A stretch of 64,000 nucleotides of DNA from Octopus sinensis (GCF_006345805.1 NC_043013.1:43524001-43588000); one strand, 5' to 3'; positions 46,797-61,002 are shown, counted from the first letter of the stretch. Numbers and translations are program-made. Notes: generated from the sequence alone by a model not told the origin.

Positions 46797-49700
46797 TTAA
46801 CACTTTTGTTACCAACCTGGCTGAAACCAGCTCTGGCTCTGTAGTACAAATGTCTTGTTTTCATAAGTTTTGAATTAAAATCTTCCACCAAACCTTAGTC
46901 ACAATTTATGTTCCTAACACTAGCTTAAAGATAACTAAGTTATTTTACAAAATTCTTTGTTATATTTAAAGTAATTGATGGAATAATTGAAATCTTCCAC
47001 CAAACCTTAGTCACAATTTATGTTCCTAACACTAGCTTAAAGATAACTAAGTTATTTTACAAAATTCTTTGTTATATTTAAAATAATTGAAATCTTCCAC
47101 CAAACCTTAGTCACAATTTATGTTCCTAACACTAGCTTAATGATAACTAAGTTATTTTACAAAATTCTTTGTTATATTTAAAATAATTGAAATCTTCCAC
47201 CAAACCTTAGTCACAATTTATGTTCCTAACACTAGCTTAAAGATAACTAAGTTATTTTACAAAATTCTTTGTTATATTTAAAATAATTGAAATCTTCCAC
47301 CAAACCTTAGTCACAATTTATGTTCCTAACACTAGCTTAATGATAACTAAGTTATTTTACAAAATTCTTTGTTATATTTAAAATAATTGAAATCTTCCAC
47401 CAAACCTTAGTCACAATTTATGTTCCTAACACTAGCTTAATGATAACTAAGTTATTTTACAAAATTCTTTGTTATATTTAAAATAATTGAAATCTTCCAC
47501 CAAACCTTAGTCACAATTTATGTTCCTAACACTAGCTGAATGATAACCAAGTTATTTTACAAAATTCTTTGTTATATTTAAAATAATTGAAATCTTCCAC
47601 CAAACCTTAGTCACAATTTATGTTCCTAACACTAGCTTAATGATAACTAAGTTATTTTACAAAATTCTTTGTTATATTTAGAATAATTGAAATCTTCCAC
47701 CAAACCTTAGTCACAATTTATGTTCCTAACACTAGCTTAATGATAACTAAGTTATTTTACAAAATTCTTTGTTATATTTAGAATAATTGAAATCTTCCAC
47801 CAAACCTTAGTCACAATTTATGTTCCTAACACTAGCTTAAAGATAACTAAGTTATTTTACAAAATTCTTTGTTATATTTAGAATAATTGAAATCTTCCAC
47901 CAAACCTTAGTCACAATTTATGTTCCTAACACTAGCTTAAAGATAACTAAGTTATTTTACAAAATTCTTTGTTATATTTAGAATAATTGAAATCTTCCAC
48001 CAAACCTTAGTCACAATTTATGTTCCTAACACTAGCTTAATGATAACTAAGTTATTTTACAAAATTCTTTGTTATATTTAAAATAATTGAAATCTTCCAC
48101 CAAACCTTAGCCACAATTTATGTTCCTAACCCTAGCTTAATGATAACTAAGTTATTTTACAAAATTCTTTGTTATATTTAAAGTAATTGATGGAATAATT
48201 GAAATCTTCCACCAAACCTTAGCCACAATTTATGTTCCTAACACTAGCTTAATGATAACTAAGTTATTTTACAAAATTCTTTGTTATATTTAAAATAATT
48301 GAAATCTTCCACCAACCTTAGCCACAATTTATGTTCCTAACACTAGCTTAATGATAACTAAGTTATTTTACAAAATTCTTTGTTATATTTAAAATAATTG
48401 AAATCTTCCACCAAACCTTAGCCACAATTTATGTTCCTAACCCTAGCTTAATGATAACTAAGTTATTTTACAAAATTCTTTGTTATATTTAAAATAATTG
48501 AAATCTTCCACCAAACCTTAGCCACAATTTATGTTCCTAACACTAGCTTAATGATAACTAAGTTATTTTACAAAATTCTTTGTTATATTTAAAATAATTG
48601 AAATCTTCCACCAAACCTTAGCCACAATTTATGTTCCTAACCCTAGCTTAATGATAACTAAGTTATTTTACAAAATTCTTTGTTATATTTAAAATAATTG
48701 AAATCTTCCACCAAACCTTAGCCACAATTTATGTTCCTAACCCTAGCTTAATGATAACTAAGTTATTTTACAAAATTCTTTGTTATATTTAAAGTAATTG
48801 ATGGAATAATTGAAATCTTCCACCAAACCTTAGCCACAATTTATGTTCCTAACACTAGCTTAATGATAACTAAGTTATTTTACAAAATTCTTTGTTATAT
48901 TTAAAATAATTGAAATCTTCCACCAAACCTTAGCCACAATTTATGTTCCTAACACTAGCTTAATGATAACTAAGTTATTTTACAAAATTCTTTGTTATAT
49001 TTAAAATAATTGAAATCTTCCACCAAACCTTAGCCACAATTTATGTTCCTAACACTAGCTTAATGATAACTAAGTTATTTTACAAAATTCTTTGTTATAT
49101 TTAAAATAATTGAAATCTTCCACCAAACCTTAGCCACAATTTATGTTCCTAACCCTAGCTTAATGATAACTAAGTTATTTTACAAAATTCTTTGTTATAT
49201 TTAAAATAATTGAAATCTTCCACCAAACCTTAGCCACAATTATGTTCCTAACACTAGCTTAATGATAACTAAGTTATTTTACAAAATTCTTTGTTATATT
49301 TAAAATAATTGAAATCTTCCACCAAACCTTAGCCACAATTTATGTTCCTAACACTAGCTTAATGATAACTAAGTTATTTTACAAAATTCTTTGTTATATT
49401 TAAAATAATTGAAATCTTCCACCAAACCTTAGCCACAATTTATGTTCCTAACCCTAGCTTAATGATAACTAAGTTATTTTACAAAATTCTTTGTTATATT
49501 TAAAATAATTGAAATCTTCCACCAAACCTTAGCCACAATTTATGTTCCTAACACTAGCTTAATGATAACTAAGTTATTTTACAAAATTCTTTGTTATATT
49601 TAAAATAATTGAAATCTTCCACCAAACCTTAGCCACAATTTATGTTCCTAACACTAGCTTAATGATAACTAAGTTATTTTACAAAATTCTTTGTTATATT

Positions 49701-50359
49701 TAAAATAATTGAAATCTTCCACCAAACCTTAGCCACAATTTATGTTCCTAACACTAGCTTAATGATAACTAAGTTATTTTACAAAATTCTTTGCTATATT
49801 TAGAATAATTGAAATCTTCCACCAAACCTTAGCCACAATTTATGTTCCTAACACTAGCTTAATGATAACTAAGTTATTTTACAAAATTCTTTGTTATATT
49901 TAAAATAATTGAAATCTTCCACCAAACCTTAGCCACAATTTATGTTCCTAACACTAGCTTAATGATAACTAAGTTATTTTACAAAATTCTTTGCTATATT
50001 TAGAATAATTGAAATCTTCCACCAAACCTTAGCCACAATTTATGTTCCTAACACTAGCTTAATGATAACTAAGTTATTTTACAAAATTCTTTGTTATATT
50101 TAAAATAATTGAAATCTTCCACCAAACCTTAGCCACAATTTATGTTCCTAACACTAGCTTAATGATAACTAAGTTATTTTACAAAATTCTTTGCTATATT
50201 TAGAATAATTGAAATCTTCCACCAAACCTTAGCCACAATTTATGTTCCTAACACTAGCTTAATGATAACTAAGTTATTTTACAAAATTCTTTGTTATATT
50301 TAAAGCGATTGAAAGAAACACAGAGCATCTCAAAATAAATACAATAATGAAAGGGTTAA
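46797..50359. mobile_element. TTAA-flanked MITE carrying an internal satellite expansion
   Basis: TTAA-CACTTTTGTTAC on the left and ATAATGAAAGGG-TTAA on the right (8/12 inverted match). Confidence 0.6.
46865..50305. repeat. 100-bp tandem satellite, about 34 copies
   Basis: Unit aataattgaaatcttccaccaaaccttag(t/c)cacaatttatgttcctaacactagcttaatgataactaagttattttacaaaattctttgttatatttaa; three 112-bp variants. Confidence 0.97.
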
Positions 50360-50894
50360 TGAACTAAAATAATGTCCAGGTTCCTAAATAAGCAACAGAG
50401 CATTTTGTATCAGTTTGGAATATAACAATGATACTGTAAAGATATGAGGTGTGTGCTTGTATGAGGAGAACAAGAATACATTGTAGTATTAATACCTTTT
50501 TAGCTAACAATTTTGCATTTCCTATATTAATAGGTTAATAGTTGTATAGAAGTGGAGGCATACGACTTAATAGTTAAGATATTCGGCTTACGATCATGAG
50601 GTTGTGAGTTCAATTCCCAGCAGTGCACTGTGCCTGTGAGCAAGACACTTTATTTCACATTGCTTCAGTTGTGCCTGTATTTCAAAGGACGAACCTTGTC
50701 ACAATCTGTGTCACACTGAATCTCCTGAGAACATTAAAAGTACACATGCACATACAAGCACACACCTCGTACAGGTAAACATAGAACTGGAAGAAAACGA
50801 GCACAACATACACGGTTTTATTAAAAATTTTGTTTGATGTTCAGAACATAATTATTGTGACTGTATGGGGTTAGTATTTGTGTTGCTATAGTTA

Positions 50895-51295
50895 CTCTTT
50901 ACTCTCTTTTACTTGTTTCAGTCATTTGACTGTGGCCATGCTGGAGCACCGCCTTTAGTCGAGCAAATCGACTCCAGGACTTATTCTTTGTAAGCCTAGT
51001 ACTTATTCTATTGGTCTCTTTTGCCGAACCGCTAAGTTACGGCAATGTAAACACACCAGCATCGGTTGTCAAGCGATGTTGGGGGGACAAACACAGACAC
51101 ACAAACACACACACATACATATATATGCATATATACGACGGGCTTCTTTCAGTTTCTGTCTACCAAATCCACTCACAAGGCTTTGGTCGGCCCGAGGCTA
51201 TAGTAGAAGACATTTGCCCAAGGTGCCACGCAGTGGGACTGAACCCGGAACCATGTGGTTGGTAAACTAGCTACTTACCACACAGCCACCCCTAT
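50895..51295 (-). mobile_element. SINE family A
   Basis: Homology to 18994-19406. Confidence 0.8.
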
Positions 51296-51855
51296 AGGAA
51301 CACCAAAGCAACAGGCACTAAGCACACATAAGTACTGCAAGTACACTAATGAGTGTTGGTAAGGTCGTTGATGTTACACAAGCAAGCATACATATTTAAC
51401 ATTGTGATATGACTGGTACAGAAGCTAAAACTTTAAAGGCATTCACCAACTTGCAATGACACTAAGTTACTTGATAACCCACCTGCCCCATACACAGACA
51501 AAGCAATGGATCCCTTGTCAGTTTGAATCATCAGCATTCCACTTGTTTATTCCACAAACCCTTGTACACTTCTTCAAAAAAATCTACAGGCAGAATCAGC
51601 ATGATATTGTGTGCAGTTCAATTTACAAATGCAGTCTGTTTGATAGCGTATCACAGTTTCTGTCAAGTCAATTTAATTCACAAGGCTTGGGTCAACCAAA
51701 AGCTACAACAAATGACACTTGCCCAAGGTGCTACACTGTGGGATTGACCCAAGAATCTCTTGACTGAAATGAACTTCAACACCATTCAACTATGCCCTCT
51801 CTCTCTTTCTCTTGCACACACGCACACACACACACACATGCTCACATACATGGCC

Positions 51856-52004
51856 TTACGTTGTGGCATGATTCTGGATTAACATTTTCACGGTTAAATT
51901 AGGAATAAGCTGTTGACTAGGAAGAATGATATTGGTCATTGGACTGCGTATACTGCCAGATTTGATCCAGGACTCAATTGCTGTCCTCTCATAAGTGTAG
52001 CCAT
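51856..52004 (-). CDS. WDSUB1: WDSUB1 last exon, U-box C-terminal half
   Basis: DGYTYERTAIESWIKSGSIRSPMTNIILPSQQLIPNLTVKMLIQNHATT*; U-box motifs GYTYER, SPMTN, LIPN. Confidence 0.92.
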
Positions 52005-52049
52005 CTGTTAAGAAATAAAAATGCAATAATAATAATAATAGTAATAGTA

Positions 52050-52089
<40 letters not shown>

Positions 52090-52111
52090 TAATAATAGTA
52101 TTAATATTAAT

Positions 52112-52405
52112 AATAGCTCAGATACTAGGAAACCCCAAAATGGCAGAAATTCAAAAGATAGTGCTCATGGGAACTGCTCATATCCCACGCAAAATACTTT
52201 CTATGTAATCTCAAGTTTTAAAACAAACATAATTTTCTTATGGTTTCTTAAACATTCTCTAGAACAACGCTATGTACAAAACCAAATACATGGCACCCGA
52301 GGCATAACACCAGCATGAACTTCCAACTTGTTGTCTCTTGAGGTCTCTGGGTGAGACTTGGAGCCAGCTTGTGCAAATGTAAAGCAAAAGTCAAACAAAA
52401 TAATA
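52112..52405 (+). mobile_element. R4/Dong-type RLE 3' fragment within (TAA)n
   Basis: QILGNPKMAEIQKIVLMGTAHIPRKILSM*; (TAA)n on both flanks. Confidence 0.7.
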
Positions 52406-52478
52406 ATAAAAATTATGATGATGATAATAATAATAATAATAATAATAATATAATAATAATAATAATAATAATAAAAAT

Positions 52479-52516
<38 letters not shown>

Positions 52517-52520
52517 TTAA

Positions 52521-52554
<34 letters not shown>

Positions 52555-52754
52555 GTTTTAAGACTAACAATTTTAGAGGAAGGGGAAAGTTGATCACATC
52601 GATCCCATTGCTTACCTAGTACTTATTTCATTAACTGCAAAAGGATGTAAAGCAAAGTCAACCTGAGCAGAATTTGAACTCAGAATGTAAAGATGGACAA
52701 AATGTTTAGCAGCATTTTGTCTGGTGTGCTAATGATTCTGCCAGCTCACCACTT

Positions 52755-53150
52755 TACTCTTTTACCTGTTTCAGTCATTTGACTACAGCCATGCTGGAGC
52801 ACCGCCTTTAGTCGAGCAAATCGACCCCAGGACTTATTCTTTAGAAGTTTAGTACTTATTCTATCGGTCTCTTTTGCCAAACTGCTAAGTTACAGGAACG
52901 TAAACACACCACCATCACTTGTCAAGTGATGTTGGGGGACAAACACAGACACACAAACATATACACACATATACATATATACAACAGGCTTCTTTCAGTT
53001 TCCGTCTACCAAATCCACTTACAAGGCTTTGGTCGGCCCGAGGCTATAGGAGAAGACACATGCCCAAGGTGCCACGCAGTGGGACTGAACCCGGAACCAT
53101 GTGGTTGGTAAGCAAGCTACTTACCACAATGCCTATAGCTACTCCTGCAC
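52755..53150 (-). mobile_element. SINE family A
   Basis: Homology to 18994-19406. Confidence 0.78.
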
Positions 53151-53419
53151 CTAACAATAATCCTTTCTACTATAAGCACTGGGCCAGAAATTTTGGGAGA
53201 GGGTTCTAGTCAATTACACCAACCCCAGTGCACAACTGGTACTTATTTTATCAACCCTAAAAGGATGAAAGGCAAAATCAACCACAGCAGAATTTGAACT
53301 CAGAACATAAAAATAAATAAGCTTTTGTCCAATGTGCTAACAATTCTGCCAGCTTGAAACATGAATTATATTAATGATGAAATAAAAAAGGCATCGGAGG
53401 GGCAATGCATACTCTCTTT

Positions 53420-53803
53420 TACTATTTTACTTGTTTCAGTCATTTTGACGGCAGCCATGCTGGAGCACTGCCTTTAGTCGAACAAATCGACCCCAGGACT
53501 TCTTCTCTGCAAGCCTAGTACTTATTTTATTGGTCTCTTTTTGCCGAACCGCTAATTAACGGGGACGTAAACACACCAACAACAGTTGGCAAGTGATGGT
53601 AGGGGGACAAACACAGACACATAAATACATATATAGATATATGACAGGCTTCTTTCAGTCTCCATCTGCCATATCTACTGACAAGGATTTGGTTGACCTC
53701 AAGCTATAGCAGAAGACACTTGCCCAAGGTGCCACGCAGTGGGACTGAACCCGGAACCATGTGGTTGGGAAGCAAGCTGCTTACCACACACCCACTCCTG
53801 CAC
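53420..53803 (-). mobile_element. SINE family A
   Basis: Homology to 18994-19406. Confidence 0.75.
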
Positions 53804-54780
53804 ATATTTTCACAAATTATAGTGTGGCTTACAATGCATTGCTTACCCATGTTTTTTAATTGAACTGAATTAATTTTTTTCCTTTTTAAGTATCACCATT
53901 ATAGGTATTTATACTCTGGTGAAATTAAGAAATCAAATTATGAATAAATGAAACCCTTGAATCCACCACTTTACACACATGCACACACAAACAGAGTCAC
54001 ATATTTATGTACGCACACATCTCTACGCACATAGGTACACCATGATCTATATACACGCAGACAAGGGTTGATTCATATGAAAAGGAAAGTGAACAAAATA
54101 ATATGCTTATCAGGAAATAAGTCACATTAACCAATACGTCACATTAACACTACAGAAAACACTCCATGGTAACACTCCCAAACTATAGCCAATACACAAT
54201 GTTAACAGTTACAATACAACCAAATACTAGAGGATCAACTGTAATCCTAAAACAATTTAAAAAAAACTTTTTCCTTTTTTTTTTAAGATAGGCATAGGAG
54301 TGGCTGTGTGATAAGTAGCTTGCTTACAAACCACATGGTTCCAGGTTCAGTCCCTGAAATGCTGCTAAGTATTTGGTCCTGCATGTTAACGATTCTGCAA
54401 GCTCACCAACTTATTAATAATAATATATTTTTTTTCTTTCTACTATGGATACTGGGTTTGAAATTTTAGGGAAGAGGTTTAGTCAATCATACTGACCCCG
54501 GTTTTTCATCTGGCACTTATTTCATCGGCTCCAAAAGGAATAAAAGACAAAGCATTTCATCCATCTTTATGTTCCAGGTTCAAACTCCACCAAGGTCAAC
54601 TTTGCCTTTTATCTTCTGGGGTCAATGAAATAAGTACCAGTTGAACACAGGGATCTATGGGATCAACTTACTCACTCCCCTGAAATTACCGGCCTTGTAC
54701 TGAAATTTGAAACCAATATCAATGTTGAGAAAGTGCAGCTACAATCTGACAGTAATACCATGTCTCTTTTCTACACTGAC

Positions 54781-54846
54781 CTGAAGCAATCACTGGATCT
54801 CTCATAATTTCTCTGGTTATTGGACACAGAAATTCATCTGGTGAAT
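54781..54846 (-). CDS. WDSUB1: WDSUB1 exon, U-box N-terminal half
   Basis: DSPDEFLCPITREIMRDPVIAS; CAG/GTCAGT; phase 1/1. Confidence 0.93.
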
Positions 54847-55094
54847 CTGTTGAAACAAATTTAAAGAGAAATCCTCCATTATTTTCTTATGTCATAGTAA
54901 CAATATCTGAAAGAAATTTAATTTTCTTGACATTTACTTTCATCAACACATCACATTAACACTACAGCCAATACGTCACATTAACACTACAGAAAACACT
55001 CCATGTTAACACTCCCAAACTATAGCCAATACACAATGTTAACAGTTACAATACAACCAAATACTAGAGGATCAAATGTAATCCTAAAACAAAC

Positions 55095-55181
55095 CTTTTA
55101 GAGACATCAGAGAAGTTGTAGACACTTGTTTAGTAAGTTGGTCCCTTGCACGAATAATTTTACTTCTGCTTCCATATGCCT
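55095..55181 (-). CDS. WDSUB1: WDSUB1 exon, end of SAM domain and linker
   Basis: EAYGSRSKIIRARDQLTKQVSTTSLMSLK; phase 1/1. Confidence 0.88.
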
Positions 55182-56006
55182 CTGAAAGAAGAAACCAGAA
55201 ATTTGGGACATTTTAACAATTTCAAAATGTATAGAAGCATTTAACTATTTGTTGTAGTGAAGGACTACAGAGATTTTAACTACCGTAAATCCTTGAGTAT
55301 AATACGTAGGAGATTTTTAGGGGGCTGTACCTCTGAAAAACCTAAACCTTGTGTATAATACGCACTCCTTCTCCAACTTGAGAAAAGGAGGTCTATATAA
55401 CGTCCTTGGTTTGTAAAAATGTATACGGTAACGTCCTTTATTATTATTGTATATATAACATAATGCAAACTTGTAGCTTTTTTGTGCATTTTGTTTGCAG
55501 AAAATAAAGAAGTAACAGTAATAGCGTTTAATAAATGTTGCTTACTGCAAGTTATGGAGGATTCTTTTATGATTTCATTGCTTTCAGGCTTAGCTTAAGG
55601 TATTTTCGCGTCCGACATCACAAAATGCGTCTGAATAAACATTGACGGACAGCAAATAGAGACTCGGACATTGCTTATAAAATAATTTTCATTTTTAACC
55701 TCGTATATAGTATGCACTAGGGATTTTGACCTTTAAATTTTGGGAAAAAAATGCGGATTATACTTGAGGATTTACGGTGTTTACATTAAGATAAAGGAAT
55801 ATGAATACATTTATCAATTTATATCATTATGATGATGGAATATAGATAGATTTTTACATTCTCTTTCTATACACCATGATACTAATACAAAAAATAAGAT
55901 AAAAGCTGCATATTATATGTAAGATATATTTTTTTCTCAGGAATAGCACATAGTTACTGGTGTATGTTATACACGAGTGCACATTATAAACAAATATTTA
56001 ACAGTA

Positions 56007-56797
56007 TAGGCACAGGAGTGGCTGTGTGGTAAGTAGCTTGCCTACCAACCACATGGTGGAGGGTTCAGGTCCACTGTGTGGCACCTTGGGCAAGTGTCTT
56101 GCGAGCGGATTTGGTAGACGGAAACTGAAAGAAGCCCATCGTATATATGTATATATATGTATGTGTGTGTCTGTGTTTGTCCCCCCAACATGGCTTGACA
56201 ACCGATGTTGGTGTGTTTATGTCCCCGTAACTTAGTGGTTTGGCAAAAGAGACCGAAAGAATAAGTACTAGGCTTACAAAAAAAATAAGTCCTGGGGTCG
56301 ATTTGCTCCAGTATGGCCGCAGTCAAATGACTGAAACAAGTAAAAGATTATTTTAGACACTGTCTTGTTTACCAGAACTTACATCTATACAGAACCAAAA
56401 TCACTCTCTTTGTTTCAGTCATTTCACTGCAGCCATACTGGAGCACTGCCTTTAATCGAGCAACTCGACCCCGGGACTTATTCTTTGTAAGCCCAGTACT
56501 TATTCTATCGGTCTCTTTTGCCGAACCGCTAAGTGACGGGGACATAAACACACTAGCATCGGTTGTCAAGCAATGCTAGGGGGACAAACACAGACAAACA
56601 AACATACACGCACACATATATATACATATATACAACGGGCTTCTTTCAGTTTCCGTCTACCAAATCCACTCACAAGGCTTTGGTCGGCCCGAGGCTATAG
56701 TAGAAGACACTTGCCCAAGGTGCCATGCAGGGGGACTGAACACGGAACCATGTGGTTGGTAAGCAAGCTACTTACCACACAGCCACTCCTGCGCCTA
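56007..56797. mobile_element. Two SINE family A copies in inverted (tail-to-tail) arrangement: 56007-56347 (+) and 56405-56797 (-)
   Basis: Homology to 18994-19406. Confidence 0.75.
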
Positions 56798-58288
56798 TTG
56801 AAAAATGCAATAAAGTCAGTCTACCACGGTGCAACCCATATAATAATCCAATGCATATCAAAGTGTGCAGTATGATCTGCAACTAGGTAAAGATTCGGCA
56901 CAGGTGTAATGGTGCATCACAAATCTATTCAATCATCAAACTATGGAAGTCAATGAGGCCTACAATCTCACAAAATAAGAAGGATATGTAATATATATTT
57001 CTTTACTACCCACAAGGGGCTAAACACAGAGGGGACAAACAAGGACAGACAAACGGATTAAGTCGATTACATCGACCCCAGTGCGTAACTGGTACTTGAT
57101 TTATCAACCCCGAAAGGATGAAACGCAAAGTCGACCTTGGCGGAATTTGAACTCAGAACGTAACAGCTACGCATTTTGCCCGGCGTGCTAACGTTTCTGC
57201 CAGCTCGCCGCCTTAATAGGGTATGTAATATAATAACTGGTACTTCATAAGTTATGACAACGGGGGTTACAGTTGTTCCAATCAATGAAATAACCTGCTC
57301 ATGAAATTAACATGCAAGTGGCTGAGTATTCCACAGATGCACATAACTGTAACACAGTTCTCAGAGAGATCCAGCTTGACACAGAATGTGACAAGGTTGG
57401 CCTGATGAATTACCGATGCAACTCATTTTTGCCAGCTGAGTGAACTGGAGCAATGTGAAATAAAGTATCTTGCCCAAATGGCGGTGCCCCAGCATGGCCA
57501 CAGCTTGTGAGCTGAAACTAGATAAAATAAAATTTAAAAAAAATAAAAAATAGACAATACGCTGCCAGGTATCGAACTCACGACCTTGTGATCATAAGCT
57601 TAACACCCTAACCACTAAGCCATATGCCTTTACAGTCATAAAGGTATTGCATCTCAAAAAACCACAGAATGGTTACAGCTTGAACATCTTTAATCATAGG
57701 GCTGCTTGATCAGGTAATACCTAGGGCTAAACAATAATAACCATCATAATTTGGACAAGTAACCGGAGGAGGTTCTACACCAGCCATGGGCAAATTGCAG
57801 CCTGTGAGACCTTCTGAATAGAATAATAATAAAAAAATAAATGCGCACTTTTAAAGCCTAACCAGGCTCATGGGCCTGGTTTCCCAGTTTCTATGGCATA
57901 TGTGTTCCCCAGCTGGATGGGACACCAGTCCATCGTAGCGTTACTCATTTTTTGCCAGCTGAATGGACTGGAGCAACATGAAAATGAAGTGTTTTGCTCA
58001 AGAACACAACGTGTCGCCCGGTTCAGGAATTGAAACCACAATCTTACGATCGTGATGCCGACACCCTAACCACTAAGCCACGTGCCTCCACTGCTGAATA
58101 GAATACCTAACAAAAAATTTACCTTGAATCTTTTTAGCAATGCAGCCCACCTGATGATGAGCCATGTCTCATGTAGCCTGCTTCTTGACAAAGACTGCCT
58201 ATACCTGTCCTATATGGTATTTCAACCTGCTAGAAATAACAACCCAAATTTCCTTCAGACTTTTTTGAATAAGACAATAATTTCTTAC

Positions 58289-58540
58289 CTATTCCCAGTT
58301 GTTTCTCAATGACATCATCTGACAGCATTAACAGTTCATGCCCATCAATGGCATGTTTTCTGAATATTTCAGTAATCTCGTTTAATCCAGACTTTTCAAG
58401 CCAGTTACACACATCATCGACAGACCATTTGCAAACTGGTTTCTGCTGCTCTAGGTTTGCAGAATTGACAGAAATTTTTGTTGGGAAAGGAAATGTCTGA
58501 GAGGCTGCGCTACTGACATTACTGACATCTGGAGAAGGTT
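58289..58540 (-). CDS. WDSUB1: WDSUB1 exon, SAM domain
   Basis: ...KPVCKWSVDDVCNWLEKSGLNEITEIFRKHAIDGHELLMLSDDVIEKQLGI; 252 nt phase 1/1. Confidence 0.92.
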
Positions 58541-59534
58541 CTGGAAGAGAAATTAATATTTAATACTCAGCAGTTTTAATTATGTGTGTGTGAGGTGGAA
58601 TTCTTTCTGTCGGAGGAAAATGAAAATAATATTTTATTTGTAATAGTTTTGATGAATTTATAAAAAGCACTGCTGATGGTGCTATGTAAAAAGTACCCAG
58701 TACACTCTGTAAAGTGGTTGGCATTAAGAAATGCATCAAGCCATAGAAACCAAGCTAAAACAGACTACAGGCCCTGGTGCAGATCCTGGCCTAGCCAGTT
58801 CCTATCAAGCCATCCAACCCTGCCAGCATGGAAAACAGGTGTTAAATGTTGATAATCATGATAGGGAAAGAAAAAAAATTAATATATTAGGTGCAGGAGT
58901 GGCTGTGTGGTAAGTAGCTTGCCTACCAACCACATGGTTCTGGGTTCAGTCCCACTGTGTGGCATCTTGGGTAAGTGTCTTCTACTATAGCCTCGGGCCG
59001 ACCAAAGCCTTGTGAGTGGATTTGGCAAACAGAAACTGAAAGAAGACCAGTGTATATATGTATATATATGGCCACACTCAAATGGTGCTTTTAATGCTCC
59101 ACCGCTACAGATGCCAGTCATATATATATATATACATACATACATGTTGAGTGCTAACTGTTGCAGAAAAATAGAGTACTCAATACCATAGCAGAGATTA
59201 ATAATATATTTTTTTTTGTTGAGTCAATCTCTTACTACTCTGAGGTTCAACTGTAGGTACACAAGACCTACAGGCAAGTTACATCATCATCATCATTTAA
59301 CATCAATTTTCCATGCTGGCATGGGTTGGATGGTTTGACAGGAGCTGACAAGCCAGAAGATTGCATCAGACTTCACTGTCAGTTTTGGCATGGTTTTTAC
59401 AGCTGGATGCCTTTCCTAATGGCAACCACCTTACAGAGTGGACTGAGTGACTTTTTATGTTGCAACAGCACCGGCAAGGTTGAATTTGGCATGGTTTTTA
59501 TGGCTAGATGTCCTTCCTAATGCCAACCACTAGT

Positions 59535-59860
59535 GAGTAGGTAGGTGGGTAGATATATAGGTAGGTAAGTAGATAGGTAGGTCGGTAGGTAGGTAGGTAG
59601 GTAGGTATGTAGGTAGGTAGGTAGGTAGATGGGTAAGTAGGTTGGTAGGTAAGTAGGTTGGTTGGTTGGTAAGAGGGTAGACAGATAAAGGTAAAAAGAT
59701 GAATACAAAGATAGATGGAAAGATGAACAGACGGACAGATGGATGGACAGATAAACACAGACAGATGGATGGACAGATGAACGAACATACAGATGAACCA
59801 ACAGACAGACGGGCAGACAGACAGACAGACGGACAGCCATACAGACAGATATAAATTCAT
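59535..59860. repeat. Compound (GGTA)n/(GATG)n/(GACA)n tetranucleotide repeat
   Basis: Direct inspection. Confidence 0.85.
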
Positions 59861-59999
59861 ATAAACACTTATATCCATGTTTGGATACATAAACAGTACA
59901 CAGAGACACAGGTTTTAACCAATTTTGAAAGCAATGCAATAAGAAATTGCCAAGTATTTGATGTATTTTGGTGAAAAGAATTAATAAATAACTCCTAAC

Positions 60000-60094
60000 C
60001 GTTGCCTCCCATGATCCACACTTTAATTGTCTTATCATTGGATCCAGATGCTAGGTGAGTGTCATCCAAAGAAAAAGCACAGCATGTCACATAC
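60000..60094 (-). CDS. WDSUB1: WDSUB1 exon, last WD40 repeat
   Basis: [32 protein letters not shown]; phase 2/1. Confidence 0.92.
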
Positions 60095-60139
60095 CTGGGA
60101 AAAGAGAATATAGGATGAGCATGACGTTTAGTTGAAGGG

Positions 60140-60157
60140 TGAATGTATAAATATATG

Positions 60158-60196
<39 letters not shown>

Positions 60197-60199
60197 CTA

Positions 60200-60283
<84 letters not shown>

Positions 60284-60341
60284 GTGTGTGTATATATATA
60301 TATATATATATAGATATATATATATATATATATATATATAA

Positions 60342-60373
<32 letters not shown>

Positions 60374-60916
60374 GGATAAATGTAAAAAAAACACAAACTG
60401 GGACAAGAACGCAAAACAGAAGACAATACAAAAAAACGGACGGGACATTCGAAGCCTTCGATCTTCAGTCAAGAACCGGATCATCTTCGCAATTTCGGCT
60501 GATTAATTTTGATATATATATATAACTTATAAACAAGGGGAATAGAAGAATTATTTCAATGCCAATATGGTGAGAACAGACTTTAAGTCGTCAATTTCTA
60601 CATTTCATTATACATTCACTATAAATACACGTCAAGGAAAGCTGAAATTGAGGAAAGCAAGCTAAGAGAATTTGTTTTTAAAAGTTCGTTATTTCTATAT
60701 TGAATCAATTTCGGGATTAATCCTATGGATTTTCCCCTCTTCAGTAGAAAATACGATAAGAAATAAATTGTTTATAATAAGCTGTTTATAATTTTAACCT
60801 TTATAGGTATTTTAATGTGCTGCCACTTTTGATGAAATATTTTCTGAAAAAAATTTTATCCTATATTAGTAGTATATATATATATATTGGGTCATCCCAT
60901 AAATAATGCACTTTAA

Positions 60917-61002
<86 letters not shown>

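Noticed and set aside
46865-50305. CRISPR-like regular array
   Set aside because: No unique spacers; a homogeneous tandem satellite in a eukaryotic context
60430-60510. Possible minus-strand hammerhead (CTGAAGA...CGAAT) in a (TA)n-flanked element
   Set aside because: Core reads GAAT instead of GAAA and no stem I pairing was found; at most a decayed remnant
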